Origin: Lama glama
Lineage: Eukaryota
Direction: 5' to 3'
NCBI GenBank assembly: GCA_028534125.1
Contig: CM052817.1
Location: forward strand, 106,518,001-106,582,000
DNA length: 64,000 nt
Both the position numbers and the translations under genes were made by a program. The notes beneath the pieces are model-generated. The model saw only the letters and a list, made by a program, of their open reading frames with translations, was not told the DNA's origin and searched no databases. Position 1 is the stretch's first letter, and each line of letters begins with the position of its first letter. This document shows, in pieces, positions 37,895-49,500 of this stretch.

Positions 37895-38730
37895 GCCATT
37901 CATTCCCTCACTTACTCAATAAATACATATTTCCTGCTTCATTAAATGCCCCTGTGAAATTTGGTTTTGAACACAAATTCACTTTACCTATTCACAATAA
38001 CCAGAATGAAAACAACCATATAACCCTCAAAAGCTGAATAAATAAAATTTAATTAAAAAAAAAAACTCTACCAATATAGGTCGGGTCTGCATGGAGTTTA
38101 TGCTTCAATGTAGAAAAAAATTAATCAAATAATCACACAAAAATATGTAGTTACAAAAATGTGCATACAAAATGAAAGCAAGCTATCATTAAATTCGATA
38201 ACAAGAGTGGCATTTATTCTGTATTATTTTTCCTGAAAATGACTATTGAATTAGTATTTGAAAAATCTGTATTGTGTTCCCTGGACGGGGAGTGGAGTCA
38301 GAAACAGGGAAGGGAAGAGCTTTGTACACTTAAGGGTGCACAAAGTCATAAGTAATCCAGAAGTCCATGTGACTGACCTCGAATGAGAGAGAGCATCATG
38401 GGTTAATCAGCTGAGAGAACGGCTGTGGGGCTGAAGAACACAGAAATGGGGCCAGATGAGGCTGGCAGAGTAGGTGGGAGTCAGCCATGTTGAGGTTTTT
38501 CCTAATTGTAATGGGGCACCATTGAACGGTTTTAAGTGATGGGAGGTGTCACTGCCCTATCTGTATTATTCAAAGGATGCTGCAACATAGAAGGAAAGTC
38601 AAATGAGGGGCAAGAGTATTTACAGAGTTTAGATGCTATTTCTGTAAAACAAGGGTGAGATGATGGTAACTTGAATGAGCAGCTTGATGGTGGAATTATT
38701 GACAGTATCTGGAGTGAGAAGAACTGGGAG
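37895..38730 (-). mobile_element. L2 fragment(s)
   Basis: CATTCATTCCCTCACTTACTCAATAAATAC start; GAGGCTGGCAGAGTAGG...CCATTGAACGGTTTTAAG. Confidence 0.6.
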
Positions 38731-38759
38731 AGATTTTCAGGATCATCACTGCTTTAATC

Positions 38760-40387
38760 TGTTTGGGCAGCTCTACGGTAATTCCATAGATGATCCGTCC
38801 TGAAGCAAAATTTCTCTCCAACCGTGAGCCTGTGAAATCAACACGTTATGTGCTTCCATAATGCAGGGGCCAGGCAGGCACAGGACAGACATTTCCATTT
38901 CAAAAGGGAGAAAGAGGGAAAAAATAAAGGGATATTGGGTCCCAAGTAAGCCAAAGGCCTAACAGGGCAAACAACACTTAGGCCTTAAGACTTGAGAATG
39001 AGCCTCTGGCTTGATACTCTGTCCTCTGGACCCACTGGGGTGGTGGTTTCACCTCCGTGGCTCTCCTGGGCTGAAGTTACACACAAAAGGCTCTCTCGAG
39101 CTGGGGTTATGGCCCCTAAGCTCCTAGCAGCCTCATCACCACAGCTCCACACCACAGCCCTTGGCGGGGCTCACCCCAGGGCACTGTGCAGGGCGTCTTG
39201 GCCTCACTGAACCAGAAGTGTGGCCTCACCCTTTGCAACGGCTCTCCTCTGGGCTCTTACCTTCTATGCCTGTGATGGCAGAGGCAGCCCTTAGGATCCA
39301 GAGATCACCTTGGGAGAGTCACTTTCCCCTTGTCTTGAAGAACATGCCTGACTTCAGCTGGCATGGCTTGCTAGGTACTTGATTCATGCCCACACTGATG
39401 GCTTTATCAAACGGTCATGTGGCCACAGCCTGAAAACACTTCTTCATTTTTTATTATATGGAGAGGCTGAGAATTTTCCAAATCTTGAAGTTCTGATTCC
39501 TTTTAGCTTAGCCGTTTGACCTGGGAGTTATTCCTCTCCTCTCACATTTCATGATAAGCAGTGGGGAAGAACCAAGCCCTTCCATCAGCACTCTGCTTAC
39601 AAGCCTCCCCGGCTGAATGTCCGCTTCCATCACTTGTGAGTTCTGTCTTCCACAAAACACTGGGACACAAATACAATTCGCCAAACTCTTTGCCAGTTTA
39701 TTACGAAGATCCTTTTTTTTTTCCCATTGCTCAGTAACATGTTCCTCATTTCCAGGTGAGCCCTCATCAGCATGACCTCAACTGCCTCTGTTTCTAGCAA
39801 CATTCTCTTTGTGATGACGAAGTGTTCTCTGAGAACGTGGGAGCTTTCTCTTTTCTTTGTGAGCCCTCACCAGAACCATCTTTCAAATTCCATCCACAGC
39901 CATTTAGGCTTTTTGTAGCACACACCTCAAAAACGCCTTCAGCCTCTACCCAATACACAGTTCCAAAGCTATTTCTCCATTTTTAGATATTAGATGTAAC
40001 AGCACTCCACTTCTTGGCATCAATTTCTATGTTAGTCCATTCAGGTTGATGTAAGAAAAAATGCCATAGACAGGGTGGCTTAAACAATAAACATTGATTG
40101 ATTTTACACAATTAGGGAAATTGCAAAGTCCAAGGTTAAGGCATTGTCCAAGGCGTCTGATGGGTCCCCACTTCCTGGTTCACAGAAGGCTGTTTTCTCG
40201 TCCCTCATGTGGGCAGAGAGAGGTGCAGTCTCTTTGATAAGGGCACAAATCCCATCCGTGTGGGATCCACTCTTATGACCTAAGCACCTCCTGAAGTCCC
40301 CAGCCCCCCTCCTCCTAATGCCATCACACGGGACTTAGAAATTCAATGTGTAAATTTTGGGAGGACACAAACACTCAGCCCACAGTA
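38760..40387 (-). mobile_element. MaLR internal region (38760-40027) plus MLT1A-like 5' LTR (40028-40387)
   Basis: MLT1-int phrases (CATTTCCATTTTCAAAAGGGAGAAA; CACTCCACTTCTTGGCATCAATTTC) adjoining the LTR (AAAGTCCAAGGTTAAGGC...GGACACAAACACTCAG). Confidence 0.85.
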
Positions 40388-41087
40388 ATCACCATATTCA
40401 CATAGCTTATTTGGTAGTCATAGGTGCTAAATAAGTGCCTGTTAAAACGATAGCAAGTAGGAAAAGTAAGAGGCAGGGAAAGAAATTAGGACACAGAAAT
40501 GTAATAATAAATATTCTGAAGAGTGAATAAAGGAAAGAAGACCAGAAGGAAGGAGGAAGGAAAGAAGAAGTGATGGAGAAAGAAGAAAGGGAGGGAGAAG
40601 AGAAAAAAAAAATCTTGGCAATCTGGCAAAAAGTTGATGGAATCAGGAGCATTAAATTTAAGATCAAATTTAAAATCCTGGGATCAGGGTATCCTAAATA
40701 GTTATGAAATTTACACATATAGATACTACATTCAATTTTTAAAAATATTTCTTACTTTCTTCAGTTACAAAATTATGTCCATAAGGTTGGCATGCATGTA
40801 GTATTCTATTAACATTGATAGACTGAGCCATTTTGCTGAGAAAGCATTGTGTAAATCTTAATCGACAATGTAAGATATCAAGTAGCTACTGAGTGACTTC
40901 TGGTGGACAGCAGTAACAGAGAAGTCATTTTTGAATATTCTGGTCAGAAAAGAGTAGTTTAAAGAATTGATTTTGGATAAGCAGATTTTAATTGTCATAA
41001 AAAAAAAACTATATTTGTAATGAACCAAAGACAGACCTTACTCCATTTTTCAAGCAAGTACATCACGTGCTTTGGTAAAAATTAAGG

Positions 41088-41465
41088 TCATTCTGAAAGA
41101 GGCAAAATGATGAAGACAGTAAGAAGATCAGTGGTTGCCAGAGGTTTGGGAAGAGGGAGGGACTTTTAGGCTAATGAAAATATTCTGCATGATACTATAA
41201 TGGTGAATACGAGTCATTATATATTTTGTGAAAACCCATAGAATATACAACACAGAGTGAATCCTAGTGTAACTATGAACTTTAATTAATAACAATGTAT
41301 CGACATCAACTCATCGGTTGTAATAAACATTCATACAAGATCTTAATAATAAAAAAACTTTGGGAGAGGAGAGAAAATATAAGGAAATGCTCTGTACTTT
41401 TCAGTCAATATTTTTGTAAACTTGAAACTACTCTAAAAAATAAGGTCTATTAATGAAAAACAAAA
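41088..41465 (+). mobile_element. L1MC-type 3'UTR
   Basis: AAGATCAGTGGTTGCCAGAGG...AAAACCCATAGAATATACAACAC...CTACTCTAAAAAATAAGGTCTATT. Confidence 0.85.
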
Positions 41466-42299
41466 AAATCATTACAATGTTTCCACTCTTGCTAACACCA
41501 TAGTCACTATATTTTGTCAGCTAATAGTAAGCCCAATTACTTGAAGTAAGAATGTAAAGAAATGCAAATATTAAAAGTAAATGAAGAGTAACTGTGACAG
41601 GCTAATCTAACATCTTGCACAGGCTTAGAATTAAAAATGCGGCATTCTACATGTAGACCTAGGAAACTTTAATCTTGATAAAGCTGTCAGCTTTGGGAAG
41701 ATGGTCCACAGAAACAATGAATGGTTGATTTCATTATTTTTAGGTTTGTACAGCAAAATATTCCTTACAAATACTTCTCTGGCCTCTTCCACTGTAAAAA
41801 CAATACTTTATTAGCAAATAAAGTTATTGCTTCCCAATTAAAATAAATCGTTAAAGGAAAGCAAAGACTGAAATTTCTATTCAATAAAATTTGTGCAGCC
41901 ACCAAAAAGCACTTAACTTTCAACCATTTGTTGCTCTCTGTGACCATCCTAAGAGAGAAGAGGCAGAGCTTTTTAGATGGCCATGCTCTAGAATCTAGGA
42001 TGTAAGACCACAGAGATGGGAAATCAGTGTCTCTTACCTCCTTGCGCATGCCATCCAAAATGGCATAATTACCTTTTTTGTTATTTTTGTTGTGTTTTCC
42101 TTTTACATGCTTGATGCAGTGCATTCACAAGTATCAGAGGGGACATAAGAGTAAGGCCAGCTCCTCATCTAGGTTGTCAGATAAACGTACTGGATAACCA
42201 TGCACAAGATGTTGTGATCCTCATGTAAGAGTTATATGAGTCATCTCACCACCACAACTAAAGTCTCTGTGGGGAATCCATATGAGAAATTATAATAAA

Positions 42300-42878
42300 T
42301 TTGTTTAACAATTTTAGTAGTTTTTGTCTGGAGTCTTTAGAGTTTTCTGCATATAATATCATGTCATCCACATATAGTGACAATTTTGCCTCTTCTCTTC
42401 TGATTTGGATCCCTTTGATTTCTTTTTCTTGTCTGATTGCTGTGGCTAGGACTTCCAAAACTATATTGAATAGAAGTGGTGAGAGTGTGCATCCTCATTT
42501 TGTTCCAGATTTTAGTGGGAAATCTTTCAACTTTTCACCATTGAGTATTATGTTGGCTGTGGGTTTGTCATAAACAGCTTTCCTTATGTTGAGATATGTT
42601 CCTTCTATACCCACTTTGGTAAGAGTTTTGATCATAAATGGATGTTGAATTTTACCAAATGCTTTTTCTCCATCTATTTAGATGATTATGTGATTTTTGT
42701 CCTTTCTTTTGTTGATGTGGTGTATCTCATTAATTGATTTGCACATGTTGAACCATCCATGTGTCTCTGGGGTGAATCCAATTTGATTGCAGTGTATGAT
42801 CTTTTTATGTGTTGTTGGATTCTGTTTATTAATATTTTGTTGAGAATTTTTGCATCTATATTCATCAAAGACATAATT
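42300..42878 (-). mobile_element. L1 ORF2 reverse-transcriptase internal fragment (frameshifted)
   Basis: Peptides [19 protein letters not shown]...[11 protein letters not shown] and [23 protein letters not shown] are L1 RT motifs. Confidence 0.95.
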
Positions 42879-42964
42879 TTTTTTAGTTGAGAAGTAATGT
42901 AGTGAGAAGCATACAATAGCCATTTTTTTCCATGTTTGATATGTTCCAGATGGTGCCATATGAG

Positions 42965-43780
42965 TCAAGTTGTTCCTTACTCATCCAGTAGTTTTTGTGC
43001 TTCTACATTTAGCCAAGAACAATTCTAGACATAAGGGTTATTGCAGTAAATCAAAACTCCTGCCCTGGTGAAACTTAATGTTCTAGGGAGGAGGGAAAAA
43101 CACAGATGAGCAAACTGGTAACTGCACACAAAAAAATGGAGGGAGACTTCATCCTGAAAGAGATACTTGGTTAGATTTATTGGACTGTCCTTCCCTAAGT
43201 GGAAAAAGCACATCCACATGGATGGAAGGCTGGAAAAGCATGGCACATTTGGAAAAGAGCAAATGGTTTGTGATGAGTGGGCATACAAGAAGGAAGTGTG
43301 CAAAAAGAGACCAGGAATTTTAGCCAGGGTTATGAAATTTACCATAATTTAAATTTAAAATTTATCATAATGGCAATCCAGTCTATTGCATGATTTTTGA
43401 GGCAGAAAGAAGCATGATCCATTCTGTTTTAAAATAGCATGTGGCTTGAATTTCAGAATGTGGAAATGAGAAACAGTGAGCATTTGTAGGAAGAAAATAC
43501 CATAGTCCACATGAAGGATAATGAGGGCCCAAAGTCAGGTTCAGGCAAAGGGAATTAAAAAAATCATCTAAAAACAGAATGTGAAATACCCAGTATGGAG
43601 CAGATGTCATGGGTCTGAGCTGAGATAGAGACAGCAAGCATCCTGCCCAAAGAATCAGAAATAAAGCATGTGTGTGTCATACAGCGACACCAAACACAAA
43701 AGGGAAAGTCCCCAGAAGTGGTAATTGAGGATTTTTTAAGACTTGGAAGGTTGTAAGAGTATGGAGTCACTTAGAATATT
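42965..43780 (-). mobile_element. L2 fragment
   Basis: CCTGCCCTGGTGAAACTTAATGTTCTAG and ATTTTTGAGGCAGAAAGAAGCATGATC. Confidence 0.6.
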
Positions 43781-44059
43781 ACTTAAATTCTGTTCTTTAG
43801 TAATCTGATATGTCCCTTGTCTCTGTCAAGCTAGCCTGGGATGATCTAATGAGATGTCATATGGATTCTGTGATGGCAGGAAAAGGAGGATTAAAAAAAG
43901 AAAAGAAAAGAAAAGAAAAGAGACAATGAAAAAAGAACATGCAGATCTAGAAGTGAATCTCAAAACTGTCCGACACTCACATCCTCTCATGATTGTGACA
44001 TTAGTTTGTATTAGACTCTACATCCTTCTAGATGATCACACATTCTCCTAATTTGTTTA

Positions 44060-45430
44060 CTTTCTAACTCTCCAATCCTCAAACATCCAACATGACTTCC
44101 CTGTATTACTGTAAGATAACTTTGCTTCTCATTTCACTAAGGAAAACGAAGACCAGCGATTATGCAAACACTTAGAAATATTCCATTAACTCTCTCATTT
44201 AAAGAACTTCTCCTTGACTTCTCCCTCCTTCTTGAAACGCTTTCTTTCCTTGGCTTCTTGGAATCACTCTTGTGGATTTCCCTCTGCCTCACTGGCTACT
44301 ACTTCCCAGACCCTCTGGCTTCTCCTCATCTGCCTGGTCTCTTTCTGTTGTAGGGCTTCAGGATTTAAGCCTTGGTTCTATTTTATATTCGGTCTATACC
44401 TACTCCTTTGGTGACCTGGTCTAGTTCCCTGACTTTAAATAAATCTATCTGCCTATGATTGCCAAATCTATAGCCCCAGAAATGACCTTTCCTTAACTCC
44501 AGATTATAATCTGCAATCCTCTAGTCATCATTTTTATTCTGTTGCAAACCCAACATATCTGAAATGAATCTCCTGATTTCTCCCATCACTACAGTCTTTT
44601 ACATCTCAATTATTGTCAATGTCAGTCTTCTCTGGTGTTCAGGCCAAAATCCTTGGAGATGTACTGTCTCCTGCATCAAAATTTCAATTGAAAAGCAATC
44701 CTCTTGATTCTATATGCAAAACAGATCCAGACTCACCATTTCTCAGCATCCTTACTTACCGCCTTAGTCAAAGCCACCATCCTGTCTCCCATGGATTACT
44801 GCAACCACCTCCAAACTGGTCTCCCTACTTCCATCTGTGCGTCTTCAGTATCTGTTCTCAAAACACCAGACAGAGTGATTACCTTAAAATGTAATTCATT
44901 CCATATCATACTCAGCTTAAAACCTCCCCATGGCTTTCCACCGAACTCAGAGTAAATGCCAAAACCCTCTCACCAGCCACCTATATGGCCACATCTCCCA
45001 CTACCAGCCCCCAGTTCATTCTGCAAAACCTCACTGGCCTCATTGCTGTTCTGCACACACACCAGTCACTCTCTCAATGCTAAGAATTGCCCGCCCTTGC
45101 TCCAACCTCTGCCTGGAATTCTCTTCCCCCAGATATTTCCATACTTCCTTCTTAAACAGTCTTTACTCAAACGTCTTTGTTTCAGGAAGCCTTCCTGACA
45201 ACTCTGCGTAAAATTGCAACACATCCCATTAGCATTCCCTGTCTCCTCCACTGTCTCATTTTGCCCATATGTTTCCTCTAGTATACTATGCAATTTATTG
45301 GACTCATTTATTTTCTCTGATCACCCACCAGAACATTACTTTACCAAGGGCAGCGGTTGTTGACTCTGCAGAACAGAATTTCACTTCTAACTCTTGGAAG
45401 GCATTTAGTAAATAGCTGTTGGATAGAAAA
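44060..45430 (+). mobile_element. L2 3' region
   Basis: CTCCCTCCTTCTTGAAACGC..., CAGGCCAAAATCCTTGGAG, GATTACTGCAACCACCTCC; tail AGGCATTTAGTAAATAGCTGTTG. Confidence 0.8.
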
Positions 45431-45488
45431 ATTATGACTATTTCAGTCTGATAGAAGTTTATCAAGCTGAACACTAGGTATAGAGTAG

Positions 45489-45760
45489 ACCAGAAATAGA
45501 CTCATGGACATAGGAAACAAACTGTGGTTACCAGCGGGGAAGGGAAAGGAAGGGATAGGTTAGGAGTTTGGGATTAACAGATACCCATTACTGTATATAA
45601 AACAGATAAACAATAAGGACCTACTATATAGCAAAGGGAACCCTATTCAATTTATTTTAATAACATATAACATAAAAGAATCTGAAAAATATATAACTGA
45701 ATCACTTTGCTGTATACGTGAAATTAACATTGTAAATCAACTGCACTTCAATAAAAAAGA
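45489..45760 (+). mobile_element. Cetartiodactyl-type L1 3' end
   Basis: AGAAATAGACTCA...GGAGTTTGGGATTAACAGATAC...CATTGTAAATCAACTGCACTTCAATAAAAA. Confidence 0.9.
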
Positions 45761-45881
45761 ATTCAGAAAAAGTAATAAACTTAACCAATGTCAAATTAAA
45801 AATAAAAGAGAGTAGTAGGGAGGAGAAGGGTGAAAAGGAGTTATACTATCCCAAAGTAATAGTTTAGAAGAGAAAGCCCCT

Positions 45882-45985
45882 GGGGGGACAGTGTGAGTGT
45901 AGTTTACTGGTAGAGCACATGCTTGGCATGCATAAGATCGTGGGTTCAATCCCTAGTCTCTCCAGTAAAAAGAAAAAAAAAAAGA
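45882..45985 (+). mobile_element. Vic-1-like tRNA-derived SINE
   Basis: GGTAGAGCACATGCTTGGCATGCATAAGATCGTGGGTTCAATCCC (B box) followed by an A-tail. Confidence 0.85.
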
Positions 45986-46240
45986 GAAGACGAAGTAGAG
46001 AGCGAGAAAGCGACAAACCATCTGGTAGTTATAATCTGGAAGGGTCTCTGTGGTGTCACCTCTAATGTGTGCCCTATATATGGATAGTAGAAATATTTCT
46101 AGTACAGCTGTAGTTTAAATTCATTTTCTCATCAGGTTAATACAGGGCATGATGGCTGCTTTGTACAAATTTTACAGCTTCATAAACTGTAGCACATAAA
46201 TGCTCGACATCTTATCCAGAATCCCAGAAATGATTGAGCC

Positions 46241-46271
46241 AAAAAAAGAAAGAAAGAAAGAAAGAAAGAAA
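46241..46271. repeat. (GAAA)n microsatellite
   Basis: Visible directly in the sequence. Confidence 0.9.
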
Positions 46272-48135
46272 TTGTGGCTTCCACACTCCTAGACACCATT
46301 TGAAATCACTAAATGCTACTTAATAAGACAAATAGATAAATATATACATATACAGCATTTTGTAATCTTATAGTATTTTCCTTAAAGGATGATGGCATAA
46401 GGTTTTTGATATTATTACTTCTATACTGAGACTCACAGGCAGAAAGGAAATGATAGCTCGGCCAGGAGAAGATCTGTTTTCATGCCAGATTGCGGCCATT
46501 TACAAGGATGGATTCACATATATGGCCCAAGTCCTATTGATTTTGCTTATGACTGTTAAGTTTCCAAGGTGTTAGATGTTAAAACATCTTGTTCCCATTT
46601 GTGCTAGCTTAGTTATCCCCATTAACATTAATAGGAGTTCTAGAATGCATTCAGAGAATATGTAGCATTTCACAGAATTTTATGACCAATTACGTTTTAG
46701 CCACTTATGATATTGCCAGTCATATTTACGAAGACGTTACACAAGCATATTTTCCTGAGAAAAATGTCAAGAGCCCATCCAAGGGCTGCGGCATATTTGA
46801 ATAGAATTACTGTTTGTGACATGATTAACTTTTCATCCATGAGGGTTAAAAGCATCACCAGTCATTTCTCTTGCGTTTGGACCAGGATGTCATTACAATA
46901 CGTCACCTAAGTGACGGCTGAAGACAGCACAGGAAGATGGAAAAAACCCACATTTTATGTCCCACCGTCTTTGAAATGTATACCCAAGGGGGATGTCTGG
47001 CTTCTGGTCTTTAAGTGAATTTATTCAACCATTTCAGAGGCTGTCATATAAACTGGGGATTATCATTTCTCCTGTGTTAGCCAGTTCATGGTTAAGGTTT
47101 TTATAAAGCGCGTCTTTGTTGGCTAAACATTAGGACTTCCACAGCAAGCGCTGTCTTTGCCCTTTTTTTGTGTGTCTAATGCACAAATGCTGCAGTCCTA
47201 GACTTACAGCAGTTAATAAACATTGCAAATATAAAATAATGAAGCTAGAGGAGGCCTCATCTGTCGCTTCCTTGTCTGACTTTCGTTCCTGTAGAGTGTG
47301 AAAAGTGGGGCTCACAGGTACTGGTAGGTCGTGAAAGTAATTTCCTCTTATTTCCTGGAAAGTCCAAATTATCTTCTATCCATTCTGCTTTCTCTAGTGT
47401 CAAAGCAGGGGAACAAAACCTTCATTTTCTCTCTATTTTTTTTCTTTTCACTCTGATTCATACTCTCTGCTTTCTATTGGAATCATAATTCACTGGGTTA
47501 GTGAGTATGTTACTTTTTGACTTTTATGTCTTCTTTTTGACTTGTTCTTAATATTTTCTTTTGTTTTCATTGAGGTCAAAAAGGAAAGATCAACAAAACT
47601 TACAACAAATAAGCCACAAAGAAGCAAACTGCAGTTTATTGGACTAGACTTCTAACATAGCATATCAACTGAACGTTAAAAATGTTAATTTGTCTGTAAC
47701 AAAATAAAGTGAATTACTAACAGGCTCATTTTTCCTGCAAAGAAACTTGAAAGCCTCAGGTATACGTCTATTTCCCTTCATATGTATAAAATACGTATCC
47801 ATCCGTGTGTGTGGTGTGGTGTGTATGTGTAGCCAATGAGCTATCAATTTTAAATATTTTAGATTTTATAAACATTGATTATTTTAACTTTAGGATGTAT
47901 CAGTAGCAGCTCTCTTATTCATTTCTGAGCCCACATTTTGACAAAAGTTCAACAAACTGAGCAAGCAACTAGAAACATGTAGTTTTCCATCTTTCCCATT
48001 CTCTCTTATGAAATTCAGCTGAGCTTAGCTAAGACCTTCTACCTTACATTTCCTTCACGTTCTCTGAACACAGGCTTGTGTTTACATCGCGCAGTAGTTT
48101 CCGCTTGAGGGTTCCTCCATTCTCCACGATGGGGA

Positions 48136-48685
48136 TGTTACCCACCAACAAGGAAAAGACCCTAGTCCTGTCTTACCCAAAAGACAAGAATTCAGATGGG
48201 AGATGGAGTGTGTTGTTTACTGAAAGATTTTAAAGGATTTGTTTAGCAAAAGGAAAGTACCACTCCAAGACAGGGAGGTGGGCTGATCCGAGGGCAGATA
48301 GCAGTGGTCTCTGCCCCCTCCTCTCACACCCTTGCTTAGAGGGGGTCTCTTGATTGGTGGACGGCTCTTGCCCCTGGAGCGCTTACTCATGTTTGTTTCC
48401 TTTGAGTATGTCCTTACCCATGATGCGCACAGAAAAGCCCATGGGGTTTTGGGGCTAAACTGCAATGTTAATTATATTACAGTGAGCACTGGTTCCTGCT
48501 GTCCGGTCAAGTCCTTGTCATTACTGAGCACTCATGGCTGTCAGGTTCTAACCAGTTTCTTGCTGGCACTCATTTAGAGGAAGTAACGCCCCTTTATGCT
48601 GGAGACAGGCACACTGCCATCATCTGGACCATCCTTCCTCTCCACTTTATCAACCTGGTGCCTCCGCTTACCTAACTACCTAGCA
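48136..48685 (-). mobile_element. ERV1-class solo LTR (family A, copy 3)
   Basis: TGTTACCCAC...CTAACTACCTAGCA; perfect TSD GGGA/GGGA. Confidence 0.92.
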
Positions 48686-48769
48686 GGGACAAAAATCTGA
48701 AACTTATCCTGTGTTTTCAATATATTAAAAGTTTTTATTTACCTAGAGAACGATTTGCTGCCCCATCAG

Positions 48770-49500
48770 TTTATTTATTTTATATAGTCATTCCTTTGCT
48801 GACCATATATTGAGTGTCTTCTTAAGAGGTTAGCCTCGAGTTTACAGTTAAGTGAGAAAAAGTAACATGTAAATAAAATACATCATGATGCCACAAGAAA
48901 GGTGTGAGTAGGCTCCATATGAATACAATGGAATGAAATACTTCCACCTGGGGAAATTAAGGAAAGCTTGACTCATGGTAACATGTGTTGAATTTCGAGA
49001 GGTAGAGATTTCACAGGCTGCTTGCCGTCTCTGTCTCAGATGGGGTGCCAGGCTGCCTTTATACTTCAAAACTTCCTGCAGGCATTCAAGGACATAACTC
49101 CTAAGAAACTTGCAAAGTGATCTATGTGGGCGGAATGGAAGGTAGACAGGAGGGTATGGCAGGAAATAAACTCACTAAGAACTAAGAAAACAAAGTATTA
49201 AAGAATTTTTATGCCGTGTTAAAGCTGTTGAACTTTACCACATTGATCATTAGAAATTTACAAGTGCAAGTGGCCTGATTAAATTGGAATTGTTAGAAAA
49301 GGGACCTTGTGGTGTCACGTGAGATGAACCAGTTACAGGGCCTCCAGACACCATTTTTCAGGATGAAGCTGACACTTAACCAAATAAAATGGGTTCAAAC
49401 GATGCCACTGGGTGGAGTTATTTTAGAAAATGGCATTCATGGTGACCTAGAAATAGGAATCAGATTGGAGAATCCAGAGTGTATGAGAGTTGAGGAGGAA
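48770..49500 (-). mobile_element. L2 fragment
   Basis: CATTCCTTTGCTGACCATATATTGAGTG; GGGGAAATTAAGGAAAGCTTG. Confidence 0.5.

Noticed and set aside
41769..41791. EEAREVF resembles the Gla-domain motif
   Set aside because: Only 7 residues; the preceding LERECxEExC context is absent and the candidate neighbouring exons do not fit a Gla protein.
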